DNA of 64,000 bases, from the NCBI GenBank assembly GCA_964571235.1, contig CAZNAI010000003.1:77924-141923 (forward strand), given 5' to 3'. Position numbers and translations under genes: made by a program. Below, piece after piece: positions 54,197 through 62,616 of this stretch (its first letter is position 1; each line of letters starts with the position of its first letter). The notes beneath the pieces were generated by a model. That model was not told where the DNA came from. It did no database searches and was given only the letters and a program-made list of their open reading frames with translations. The DNA comes from an uncultured Ignavibacteriales bacterium (GTDB lineage Bacteria; Zixibacteria; MSB-5A5; GN15; FEB-12).

Positions 54197-54568
54197 TTAC
54201 GCTTGTTGGCGGGAGCGGAAATCAGTGATCGCCGCGCGGATAGCGTCAGGAGCGAGATTGGAACAGGACATTTTCTCCGGTGGCAGTCCACCGAGCTTGC
54301 GCGCCACCTCGTCTTTGGTCAGCAGTTCAGCTTGATCGAGCGTCTTGCCGATCACCATCTCCGAGGCGGCCGAGCTTGTCGCGATGGCGGCGGCGCAACC
54401 AAACGTTTTGAATTTCACATCCACCAGCAGGTTATTGCGCACCTTGATGTACAGTTTCATGACATCGCCGCACGAGGGATTCCCTACCTCGCCGACACCG
54501 TCGGCGTCGGCAATCTCCCCGGCGTGACGGGGATTCATGAAATGATCCATAACGGTGGGGTTGTACAT
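54197..54568 (-). CDS. IscU/NifU-N-type iron-sulfur cluster scaffold
   Basis: HFMNPRHAGEI, GNPSCGD, FKTFGCAAAIATSS and the C-terminal Cys in KMSCSNLA. Confidence 0.88.
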   Translation of the reverse strand: MYNPTVMDHFMNPRHAGEIADADGVGEVGNPSCGDVMKLYIKVRNNLLVDVKFKTFGCAAAIATSSAASEMVIGKTLDQAELLTKDEVARKLGGLPPEKMSCSNLAPDAIRAAITDFRSRQQA

Positions 54569-54612
54569 AACGGCAATATACTACTTTGCACCCTGAGGCG
54601 TATCAGGAGTGA

Positions 54613-55614
54613 TTATCTCTTTTCAACTGTCACTTCGCCGGCGGTGATGGGGATGAGTTCACTTCCGGAGCGGAGAATCAAACGGCCGTGGATATCGATA
54701 TCGTGCGCTATCCCGCTTATCCGGCTCCGTCCGGCTATCACCGTAATCTCTCGTCCCAGCAGTGATGAATACTTCCGCAATTGTCTGTGCGATTGCGCGA
54801 GCTGGTGCTTCTGGTAGTGCGTATATTCACTCTCGAACTGCGCCAGAAAATACCGAAGTAGTTCCACACGACTGACCTTGTGTTTGAGAAACCGCCGAAC
54901 GGAAGTGGCCGTTTGCTTTAGGTCATCCGGGAAATGACCCACACCGTGATTTACATTGATTCCCACACCAACAATGACATGCCCGATCTTATCTCTTTCT
55001 GCCGACAATTCGGTCAGAATGCCGGCGACTTTCTTTCCGCCCAGTAGTACGTCATTGGGCCACTTAATCGCCACTGCATCAGGACATAATTTTTCAAGTG
55101 TGCGGGCGAGCGCCAGCGCGGTCATGAGCGAAAGCCCCGGTGCCAGTTCGGGAGCGAATTTCGGCCTGAGGATAATAGAAACGTAGATTCCGGCGCCGGC
55201 TGGCGAGAACCAGGCACGGCCGAGCCGTCCGCGTCCTTTGGTCTGTTGATCGGCAACCACAATAGTGCCTTCGGGGGCGCCGTGCTCGGCCTGCGCGGCG
55301 GCCAAATCGTTGGTCGATTGAATTGTGCGGTACGCCAGTATGTGGCGACCAATCTGTTTGGTATTCAGGCCTAATGAAATTTCAGCCGACGTCAATTGAT
55401 CGGGGGCAGAAAAAAAGGTGATTCCTTTAGAGAGGCGCAGGCCTATGCGGTAATCCCAAAGCGCCAGTTGCTTTGCTCCGGCGATAAGTTGGTCGGTGGT
55501 GAGATTGAGTTTCTTGCTCAGACTTGCATAGGTGTGAGTCTGGCCGGGATGTTTGCGAATCACCTGTAAGAGAGATTCTGCGCTGGTGTCGCCTGAGTGA
55601 CTTGCGGAAGTCAT
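54613..55614 (-). CDS. birA: bifunctional biotin--[acetyl-CoA-carboxylase] ligase / repressor
   Basis: N-terminal HTH-like segment, QTKGRGRLGRAWFSPAG and KWPNDVLLGGKKVAGIL. Confidence 0.88.
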   Translation of the reverse strand: MTSASHSGDTSAESLLQVIRKHPGQTHTYASLSKKLNLTTDQLIAGAKQLALWDYRIGLRLSKGITFFSAPDQLTSAEISLGLNTKQIGRHILAYRTIQSTNDLAAAQAEHGAPEGTIVVADQQTKGRGRLGRAWFSPAGAGIYVSIILRPKFAPELAPGLSLMTALALARTLEKLCPDAVAIKWPNDVLLGGKKVAGILTELSAERDKIGHVIVGVGINVNHGVGHFPDDLKQTATSVRRFLKHKVSRVELLRYFLAQFESEYTHYQKHQLAQSHRQLRKYSSLLGREITVIAGRSRISGIAHDIDIHGRLILRSGSELIPITAGEVTVEKR

Positions 55615-56495
55615 TCCAAAACCTGCAGAGAAAAGTCGGAGACCGGCGCCGAATGCGTGATGGCGCCAATGGAGACAAAATCAACACCAGTCGCCGCGAT
55701 TGCGGCAACCGTCTCAAGAGTGACATTCCCCGAGGCCTCGAGTTGCACCACCGGATTGAGTTTGCGCGCGATTTTGACCAGCGACGCCAGCGATTCGATC
55801 GATTGATTGTCCAGCAGTATACGGTCGACTCCCGCGGAGATCGCCTCGACCAACTGCGCTTCATTCACTATTTCAACTTCGACAAGCATTTTGTCCGGGT
55901 CGGTGTCAAATTGCAATCTGAAATCACGGGTGGTGAAATATTCGCGAAGGTGCTCCACTGCCGAGGTGATCGAACCGGTCGAGGCGATATGGTTGTCTTT
56001 GATGAGCGCCATGTCGTAAAGACCGAAGCGGTGATTCATCCCGCCGCCGTGGGCGACTGCCAGTTTCTCAAGCGCACGCCAACCGGGAGTGGTCTTGCGG
56101 GTGTCCAATATCCGGCAGGGATTACCGGCGGGAATTTTCTGGACAAACTTGCGCGTCAGAGTTGCGATCCCGGAAAGTTTGCCCAGGAAATTGAGCGCCA
56201 CTCGCTCCGAACAAAGCACAGTCTGATTGAACCCCTCGATGGTGGCGATAATATCGCCGTAGACGAACGACTCCCCCTCGCTTTTCTGAAATTCGATGGT
56301 GTTGGCCGAGTCGACCGTATCGAAGACCAGCATAGCCGGAGTCACACCGGAAAGGACACCCTCGGATTTGGCGACAATTCGCGCCCGGAGCGGCCCCGGC
56401 TCAAGACACCCCAGCGAGGTAAGATCCCCCCGTCCGATATCCTCAGACAGCGCCGTTTTTACCAGATCTGTGGTTGTCTTATGAGTTGAGTCCAC
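55611..56495 (-). CDS. nadC: nicotinate-nucleotide diphosphorylase (carboxylating)
   Basis: EDIGRGDLT, ILDTRKTTPGWR, KLAVAHGGGMNHRFGLYD and LLDN..ASG. 4-nt overlap with birA. Confidence 0.9.
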   Translation of the reverse strand: MDSTHKTTTDLVKTALSEDIGRGDLTSLGCLEPGPLRARIVAKSEGVLSGVTPAMLVFDTVDSANTIEFQKSEGESFVYGDIIATIEGFNQTVLCSERVALNFLGKLSGIATLTRKFVQKIPAGNPCRILDTRKTTPGWRALEKLAVAHGGGMNHRFGLYDMALIKDNHIASTGSITSAVEHLREYFTTRDFRLQFDTDPDKMLVEVEIVNEAQLVEAISAGVDRILLDNQSIESLASLVKIARKLNPVVQLEASGNVTLETVAAIAATGVDFVSIGAITHSAPVSDFSLQVLE

Positions 56496-56545
56496 ACTAA
56501 TGCCGTGTTTCGCAGTTCGCTGTTCGCACCTATATTACCGACGCT

Positions 56546-57499
56546 ATGGCGGCAGGCAAAGCGAAAAAAGAAGTGACAGTTATCGGTTACGGCTCGCAAG
56601 GGCGGGCGATTGCGCTTAATCTGAAGGATTCTGGCTACCGTGTGGTGGTCGGACTGCGCGAGCGGTCGCGTTCGCGAGTTACCGCACGGCGCGACGGGAT
56701 GCACGAGATCATGTCGGTTTCGTCAGCGGTCGAACATGCCAGGGTTGTGATCATGGCGATCCCCGATCATGAGCATGCTCGGGTGTTCAAAGCGGATATC
56801 GAGCGGTCGCTTACTCGCGGTTCAACACTGGTTTTTCTGCATGGACTCTCGGTCCATTTCGGATTGGTCGGGCCGCCTAAGACATGCGATATCGTACTTA
56901 TTGCGCCGCACGCACCGGGCGTGGCTCTTCGGGAGAAGTTTCTGACCGATAAATCTGTCTCTGCCTTTGTTGCTGTAGCGAATAATTACAGCGGTGGAGC
57001 TTGGAAAACCGCCCGCCGACTGGCTACCGGTATCGGCATATCACAAAAGAACCAGATCAAAACCACATTTGCCCACGAAGCTATTGGTGACATTCTCGGT
57101 GAACAGGCGGTCCTATGTGGCGGACTGGCTATGCTCATCAAACATGGCTTTGACACGCTCGTCGAGCGCGGCATTCCGCCCGACAATGCCTGGCTCGAAG
57201 TTGCCTATCAGCTCGATCTGATTGTCGGGCTAATCAAACAAAACGGCATATCCGGCATGTTTGATCGGGTATCGGTTGCCGCACGATACGGCTCACTACG
57301 CACCGGACCATTTCTAATTGACAAGTCAGTGAAAAAGCGAATGTCCCAGTCGCTTAAGGAAATCGAGTCGGGCAAATTCGCTCGGTCTTTGGTTGCCCTG
57401 ACGCCCGCTGACCTCAGAGTTCTCCGGCATAAACTCTTCGCTCTGACCAGCCCAAAGTTGGAAATATCGGCCCGGAAATTTGCCCGCAAACGCCGCTGA
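56546..57499 (+). CDS. ilvC: ketol-acid reductoisomerase (class I, divergent)
   Basis: VTVIGYGSQGRAIALNLKDSG, IAPHAPG, GEQAVLCGG and LIKHGFDTLVERG. No other ilv genes in the window. Confidence 0.8.
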   Translation: MAAGKAKKEVTVIGYGSQGRAIALNLKDSGYRVVVGLRERSRSRVTARRDGMHEIMSVSSAVEHARVVIMAIPDHEHARVFKADIERSLTRGSTLVFLHGLSVHFGLVGPPKTCDIVLIAPHAPGVALREKFLTDKSVSAFVAVANNYSGGAWKTARRLATGIGISQKNQIKTTFAHEAIGDILGEQAVLCGGLAMLIKHGFDTLVERGIPPDNAWLEVAYQLDLIVGLIKQNGISGMFDRVSVAARYGSLRTGPFLIDKSVKKRMSQSLKEIESGKFARSLVALTPADLRVLRHKLFALTSPKLEISARKFARKRR

Positions 57500-57695
57500 C
57501 TTCTCGTAACTCCAATTCAATCTAAGGGCTAGGACAAGCGGACCCCCCTCGGTTCCTGTCTACCAGCCATGTGAAAAAAATCACCAATTTTCCTTGTAAG
57601 TCGTTACCCGTGACAATCTCGTGACAAAACAATACCAGTATTATGCAGATTTGACTCGACGAATGAGTCAAAGACGAAACCATTGGATTTGAAAT

Positions 57696-59903
57696 ATGAA
57701 CTCTAAATCAGTCCTCTTTTCTCTCTTCCTTCTGATAGCCCCAAATTTGCAGGCCGCTGACCTGGTCGGTCGGGCGGTCGATATCGCTACCGGCGGAGCG
57801 ATCGGCGATGTCAATGTGCGAGTCATCGAACAGAACAAGACCACCGCCACCGACCGGCACGGCGAGTTTCGGCTGAAAAATCTCCCCGACGGAACGTATC
57901 GGCTGATCGCAACGCATGTCGGATACGAAATCAGCGATACGATTACGGTAACGATTCCATCTATCTCTCACGCCATTGTCTCCCTCAAATCAACGCCATG
58001 GGTGCTTGATAATGTGGTGGTCACCGGTACGCGTTCACCGCATTTGCTCAAAGATGTTCCGGTGCAAACAGAAGTAGTCTCGCGCAAAGACTTCGACAAG
58101 ACCGGCGCGACCACAGTCGACGAGGCGCTGAACTCCTCGGTAGGCATTCAAGTCGACAACGATCTGTCGGGTCGCGGCGCGACAATACGCGGTATCCAGG
58201 GAGACCGGGTACTGGTGCTTGTCGACGGTGAGCGGGCAGTAGGCCGGGTGCGCGGCTCAATCGATTTGGAGCAGTTCGCACTGACGAATGTCGAGCAGAT
58301 CGAAATTGTCAAAGGAACCGGCTCGACTCTCTATGGCTCGGACGCTATGGGGGGCGTGATCAATATTATTACGCGGCGTCCGCCGGAAGAACACCGGAGC
58401 GGCACACTCTACGCCGATATTGGATCATTTAGGACTTCCAGCCCGACCGGAGAAGTTCGCTACGGTAAGAATGGCGTCGGATTCACGCTCGGCGCTAAAG
58501 GATTTGTCACACGTGGCTTTGATCTGGACAAGTCTTCGCCAGCCACCAACGGTCAGGATGAGATCAAGCGGTTCAACGGCGATTCGCGCCTCAATTGGAA
58601 ACTTTCTCCCCAATGGACACTGGGGGCCTCGGCCCGGTTCATGTCGGAAAAACGGAACTGGATCGAATCGGAGTACTGGCCGCCGCTGACATTTATTTAC
58701 AACGACGATGAATTGAACCGTCGCTACGAAGGCTCAGTCGATCTGGCATTTCTCTCAGGCGAGCGATACAACATGAAACTGAAGTTGTCGGGCACACACT
58801 ATACACATCGCTGGAACAAAGTCGACCGCGAGTCGAACACATGGGTAGATACTTCGAAGACCACCGATGACTTTGTCGAGGCCTCGTATCATTCCAACTA
58901 CATGATTGGGCAGGGGCATGTCGCCACCTACGGATTCAACTATAGCCGCACTTCGCTAAACTCGCAGGAGCTTGCCGGATCGAACCATGACGACAACGCA
59001 GGCGCGGGGTATCTCAGCTACGAATATTCCCCGTTCAAGTCGCTGGCATCGGTGTTGGGTGTGCGATATGAACGTCACACCTCGTGGGGCGGTCGGTTCA
59101 ATCCGTCGTTTAATCTGATGTATTCGAAATCCGACCGGTTCAAATTGCGCGGAATGCTCGCCTACGGTTTTCGGGCGCCGTCGATAAAAGAGCAGTACTT
59201 CACCTTCGATCATACCGCGGCCGGATATGTGGTGTATGGCGGTGAGGTTTCTCTCCCGGCCAATATATCTATTCCGGATAACATGTCGTTTAAGTCACTG
59301 GTCGAGGAAAACGCCATCAACAGTTCGATCTCGGCCGAATTTTCCTACGGATCAATTGGGCTTCACCGGATTACCTATTTCTACAATCACATCGAAGACA
59401 TGATCGATTTCGTCCTGGTGGGTTTCACACCCACCTATTGGCGCGGTGTGTATGTTTATCAGAATATCGACCGGGCAATCACACAGGGGATAGAATGGGA
59501 ATCGCGGGTGAAAGCGAGTGATCATTTTGATCTATCGTTTTCATACAACTATCTCCATTCGCGCAATCTGGGGACTGGTGAAAAGCTGGTCAATCGCCCC
59601 GACCACACCGGCAAAGTATCGGCCACCTGGCATACGCTCTCCAAAAAATTCGCCGTCACGGTCTGGGGAGACTATCAATCGCGCAAGCTCTGGGTGGCTC
59701 GCACTAACACCGGCGGTAACGAAGGCGACGCCAGCTACGCGCCGCATCGAGCTGAACTCAATATTGATATGTCACAAAAGCTCACAGCCGATGTGCGGCT
59801 CTCAGTACATGTAATCAATTTGTTCAACTATACCAATGTCACGTACGGATACTGGCCCGGGCGCCAGGTGGTCGCGGGCGTGAGATACGATTTAGGCATT
59901 TAA
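57696..59903 (+). CDS. TonB-dependent receptor with an N-terminal carboxypeptidase-regulatory-like domain
   Basis: Signal peptide; CarboxypepD_reg strings (GRAVDIATGGAIGDVNV..TDRHGEFRLKNLPDGTYRL..HVGYE); plug (VVVTGTR, IEIVKGTGSTLYGSDAMGGVINIIT); barrel ending ..GRQVVAGVRYDLGI. Confidence 0.9.
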   Translation: MNSKSVLFSLFLLIAPNLQAADLVGRAVDIATGGAIGDVNVRVIEQNKTTATDRHGEFRLKNLPDGTYRLIATHVGYEISDTITVTIPSISHAIVSLKSTPWVLDNVVVTGTRSPHLLKDVPVQTEVVSRKDFDKTGATTVDEALNSSVGIQVDNDLSGRGATIRGIQGDRVLVLVDGERAVGRVRGSIDLEQFALTNVEQIEIVKGTGSTLYGSDAMGGVINIITRRPPEEHRSGTLYADIGSFRTSSPTGEVRYGKNGVGFTLGAKGFVTRGFDLDKSSPATNGQDEIKRFNGDSRLNWKLSPQWTLGASARFMSEKRNWIESEYWPPLTFIYNDDELNRRYEGSVDLAFLSGERYNMKLKLSGTHYTHRWNKVDRESNTWVDTSKTTDDFVEASYHSNYMIGQGHVATYGFNYSRTSLNSQELAGSNHDDNAGAGYLSYEYSPFKSLASVLGVRYERHTSWGGRFNPSFNLMYSKSDRFKLRGMLAYGFRAPSIKEQYFTFDHTAAGYVVYGGEVSLPANISIPDNMSFKSLVEENAINSSISAEFSYGSIGLHRITYFYNHIEDMIDFVLVGFTPTYWRGVYVYQNIDRAITQGIEWESRVKASDHFDLSFSYNYLHSRNLGTGEKLVNRPDHTGKVSATWHTLSKKFAVTVWGDYQSRKLWVARTNTGGNEGDASYAPHRAELNIDMSQKLTADVRLSVHVINLFNYTNVTYGYWPGRQVVAGVRYDLGI

Positions 59904-59933
59904 CATCATTCTATTTGGAGGTTTACACACAGT

Positions 59934-61022
59934 ATGCGTACTCAACTGAAATGGACAGCCGCGATCATAATGGTCGCAGTCTCACTCTTGCTTGGAGCAG
60001 GATGCTCGGATAACTCGACACCGACCGGTGGTGGTAACACTACTCCGGCAAAGACAACTGAATGGTCGCCATCGGAAAATGTTTATCGTTCGGTTATTGA
60101 CGCTTCCAACAAAGATGCGTTCATGTACTTTTCGTTCACGACCAGAGACACTGTGACAACCGGCGTGCCGAAAGTGGTGACCGGAACCAACTGGGATATC
60201 GCGTTTCGTCGCACCGAAATCAAACTTAACGGTGGGGCGTCGTCGGGCGGCGGCACAGTGGTTGGAATGCAGTTGGATTCGGGCATGACGATTGGCGCCT
60301 GCGTGGCTGGCGACACCACTGGCAAGAGCTGGGTTAGCGACAAAATCAACTATGCGGTCGACCAGTGGTACAGCTACAATTCGATGACCCATCAACTTGA
60401 TATGACTCGCTGGGTGTATTCGATGGTCGATGCCAGCGCCCATCACTATGTCAAATTCCGCATTGATTCGATAGTTGGCGCAGGCATGCCGCCAAGCATG
60501 GGAACAGTCTGGATTTCGTATTACTACAACCCCACTGTCGACGACAAAGCGCTTGATGGCACAGTTGTCACCGCGGCGATTACTGTCGGCAACGGAACAG
60601 GGTATTTTGATTTTTCGTCGGCCACGCAAGTAACACCGTCGAGCACGGCTTCCACAGACTGGGACATTGCCTTTAGCAATTACGACTGCAAGCTAAACAG
60701 CGGCCCGAATGGAATAGGCAAATGCGCCGCTTTTGATGCCTTTACCGAACTGACCGATAAGACAGACATCAACGCCCTGACTGTCCACCCCACCGGCGCG
60801 ACCATGTTTCCCGATCAAGCCAGTTCGGTGTTTGAGCACGACGGCATTACCTGGTACAATTATACCGGAGCGCCCCTTCACCAAATTCTTTCCAAGGACT
60901 TTGTGTACATCATCAAGAGTCAGGGGAAGCTCTACAAACTGAAAATTGAAGGATACTACGCAAATGTCAGTGGCACCTCGGTCAGCGGCCACTACACCTT
61001 TGTGTGGAACGAAATACTGTAA
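59934..61022 (+). CDS. HmuY-like lipoprotein with an internal duplication (two HmuY-type halves)
   Basis: Lipobox LLLGAGC. NWDIAFRRTEIKLNGG (aa 86-101) and DWDIAFSNYDCKLNSG (aa 242-257), each followed by a W-Y-x-Y and a ..Y.KF/L.I..-type strand. Lies 31 nt downstream of the TonB receptor. Confidence 0.6.
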   Translation: MRTQLKWTAAIIMVAVSLLLGAGCSDNSTPTGGGNTTPAKTTEWSPSENVYRSVIDASNKDAFMYFSFTTRDTVTTGVPKVVTGTNWDIAFRRTEIKLNGGASSGGGTVVGMQLDSGMTIGACVAGDTTGKSWVSDKINYAVDQWYSYNSMTHQLDMTRWVYSMVDASAHHYVKFRIDSIVGAGMPPSMGTVWISYYYNPTVDDKALDGTVVTAAITVGNGTGYFDFSSATQVTPSSTASTDWDIAFSNYDCKLNSGPNGIGKCAAFDAFTELTDKTDINALTVHPTGATMFPDQASSVFEHDGITWYNYTGAPLHQILSKDFVYIIKSQGKLYKLKIEGYYANVSGTSVSGHYTFVWNEIL

Positions 61023-61050
61023 GCTCTCATCTTAGCGCGACACCATCGAA

Positions 61051-61090
61051 ATCCCCTGCTTCGCATGCGAAGCGGGGGATTACTTTTTCT
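61051..61090 (+). terminator. rho-independent terminator after the receptor/HmuY-like operon
   Basis: ATCCCCTGCTTCGC-at-GCGAAGCGGGGGAT followed by tacTTTTTcT. Confidence 0.7.
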
Positions 61091-61150
61091 TGCTTATCTA
61101 CACAGGAGCGGCGTCCCGCGTGAGGAGTTCGTCGAGTCGACAAAGAGTAT

Positions 61151-61728
61151 CAGGCGTTACGCCTGACACCACGTTGCACTACGTGATCCCCACATCGTTG
61201 CGTCGGGTCTTGCTGAGTCACGCCGTCGGCGGGACAAAGTGTGACCTGACACTCACTGTCACACTCGACCGGCAGGTCGCACACTGTTCGCTGGTTGCGA
61301 ACATCGCAAGACCCGCCGGAACGGCATAGAGAACAAATTTCACCCGCATGCGCCTGTTCAAATCCTGAACAGGGTTGCATACTTTCACAAACGCAAACTT
61401 TGCGTTCGCATAGGGTTCGAGAATGTGTTGTCCGGCAATATCTTAAACGATCTGCAATCAGGGACAATCTGGGGCATGGCGATTGCTCAATAGGTAGTCG
61501 ACCAAATACAGAACTGATGTACCAGTTTTGTTAGACCAGCCCCCGACTAACCACCGGGGGCATTTTTTTGTGGCACGGCCACGGCGTGGGGGCTTCGCCG
61601 CTTTCCATCGAGAGTGGATTTGAATTCCTTCGTAGGTCACTCGCGTCTTCGTGGGTGACATTTTGGTGCTCACCGTGGTGTCGGGCGTCCTCACCCGACA
61701 CCAATGCGGTCAGGCGGGATGCCTGACC
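61151..61728. repeat. long intergenic hairpin-repeat cluster (includes the fourth copy of the GTAGGTCAC..GGGTGAC hairpin and a terminator-like hairpin)
   Basis: CAGGCGttacGCCTG 61151-; CCGGCAGGTC..GACCCGCCGG ~61269-61320 (related to 43751-43801); CCTGTTCaaatcctGAACAGG; AACGCAAactTTGCGTT; GCCCCCG-actaaccac-CGGGGGC+T7 61539-61569; GTAGGTCACTCGCGtcttCGTGGGTGAC 61632-61659; GGTGTCGGG..CCCGACACC; GGTCAGGCgggatGCCTGACC 61708-61728. Confidence 0.7.
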
Positions 61729-61801
61729 GCACATGAATGTGACTGCGCAAACTTCATCTTACTGTGTATACTCTCGGTCGACGAAGTAAACGACAGAAGA
61801 T

Positions 61802-62407
61802 GTGAGGGTACGCAAGTTGACCGGTAGAGAAACAGACACGACACGATGCGCCTGGTGCGGCGAGAACCCGGCGATGATCGCATATCACGACAAAGAATGG
61901 GGTGTGCCGGTGCACGATGACCGCACGTTGTTTGAATTTCTCATCCTCGAGGGCGCACAGGCCGGATTGTCGTGGCAGACTATTCTGAACAAGCGCGAAA
62001 ATTATCGCAAGGCATTTGACAACTTCGATCCGCGCATAATCGCCAAGTACGGCGAAAAGGATATTGCGCGACTTCTGGCCGACGCCGGCATCGTGCGCAA
62101 CCGGCTCAAAGTGGCATCCACTATTCAAAATGCCCGGATACTGCTTGAAGTGCAAAGAGAGTTCGGCTCGTTCGATGCCTACGTCTGGCAATTTGTGAAC
62201 GGCCGCCCAATCGACAAGAAAATCAGGACGATCAAAGATATCCCGGCGACAAGCAAAGAGTCAGACGCGATGAGCAAAGACCTGCTGAAACGGGGTTTCA
62301 AGTTTGTCGGGTCGACTATCTGCTACGCCTTCATGCAGGCAACGGGGATGGTAAACGATCACGAAGTGGGGTGTTTTCGTTACACTGAAGTCAAGCGCCG
62401 AGGGTAG
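61802..62407 (+). CDS. tag: DNA-3-methyladenine glycosylase I
   Basis: Zinc-site start CAWC.., YHDKEWGVPVHDDRTLFEFLILEGAQAGLSWQTIL and the C-terminal H-x-x-x-C (DHEVGC). GTG start. Confidence 0.9.
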   Translation: MRVRKLTGRETDTTRCAWCGENPAMIAYHDKEWGVPVHDDRTLFEFLILEGAQAGLSWQTILNKRENYRKAFDNFDPRIIAKYGEKDIARLLADAGIVRNRLKVASTIQNARILLEVQREFGSFDAYVWQFVNGRPIDKKIRTIKDIPATSKESDAMSKDLLKRGFKFVGSTICYAFMQATGMVNDHEVGCFRYTEVKRRG

Positions 62408-62445
62408 TTAGTAAAGTCAGGTAGGATTCAAGAAGCGGACGAAGC

Positions 62446-62541
62446 GAGATTGCTTGGCCGCGTCGAGGAAGCCGCGTCTCGCAATGACGATTGGCTGAGA
62501 AGTGGTTCTAAAGTCAAGGATCCCACCGCAAGCGGTGGGGC
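62446..62541. repeat. short repeat modules downstream of tag
   Basis: gagattgcttggccgcgtcgaggaagccgcgtctcgcaatgac (related to gattgcttcggtcgcc.. at 35866-) and GGATCCCACCGCaagcGGTGGGGC 62518-62541. Confidence 0.45.
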
Positions 62542-62616
62542 GCCTAAGACTGCGAAAATTCTCGGTCGTATTAAAGATTGATTCGCCGCCTTCCCCCCCG
62601 TACTTTTCCGCCGGTT

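Noticed and set aside
57500-57695. Cobalamin or other riboswitch upstream of the TonB-dependent receptor
   Set aside because: I could not find a B12-box (the closest string, agccatgtg, does not match AGCCACTG in context) or the conserved cobalamin core. The region is short, so this needs an Infernal scan before any claim.
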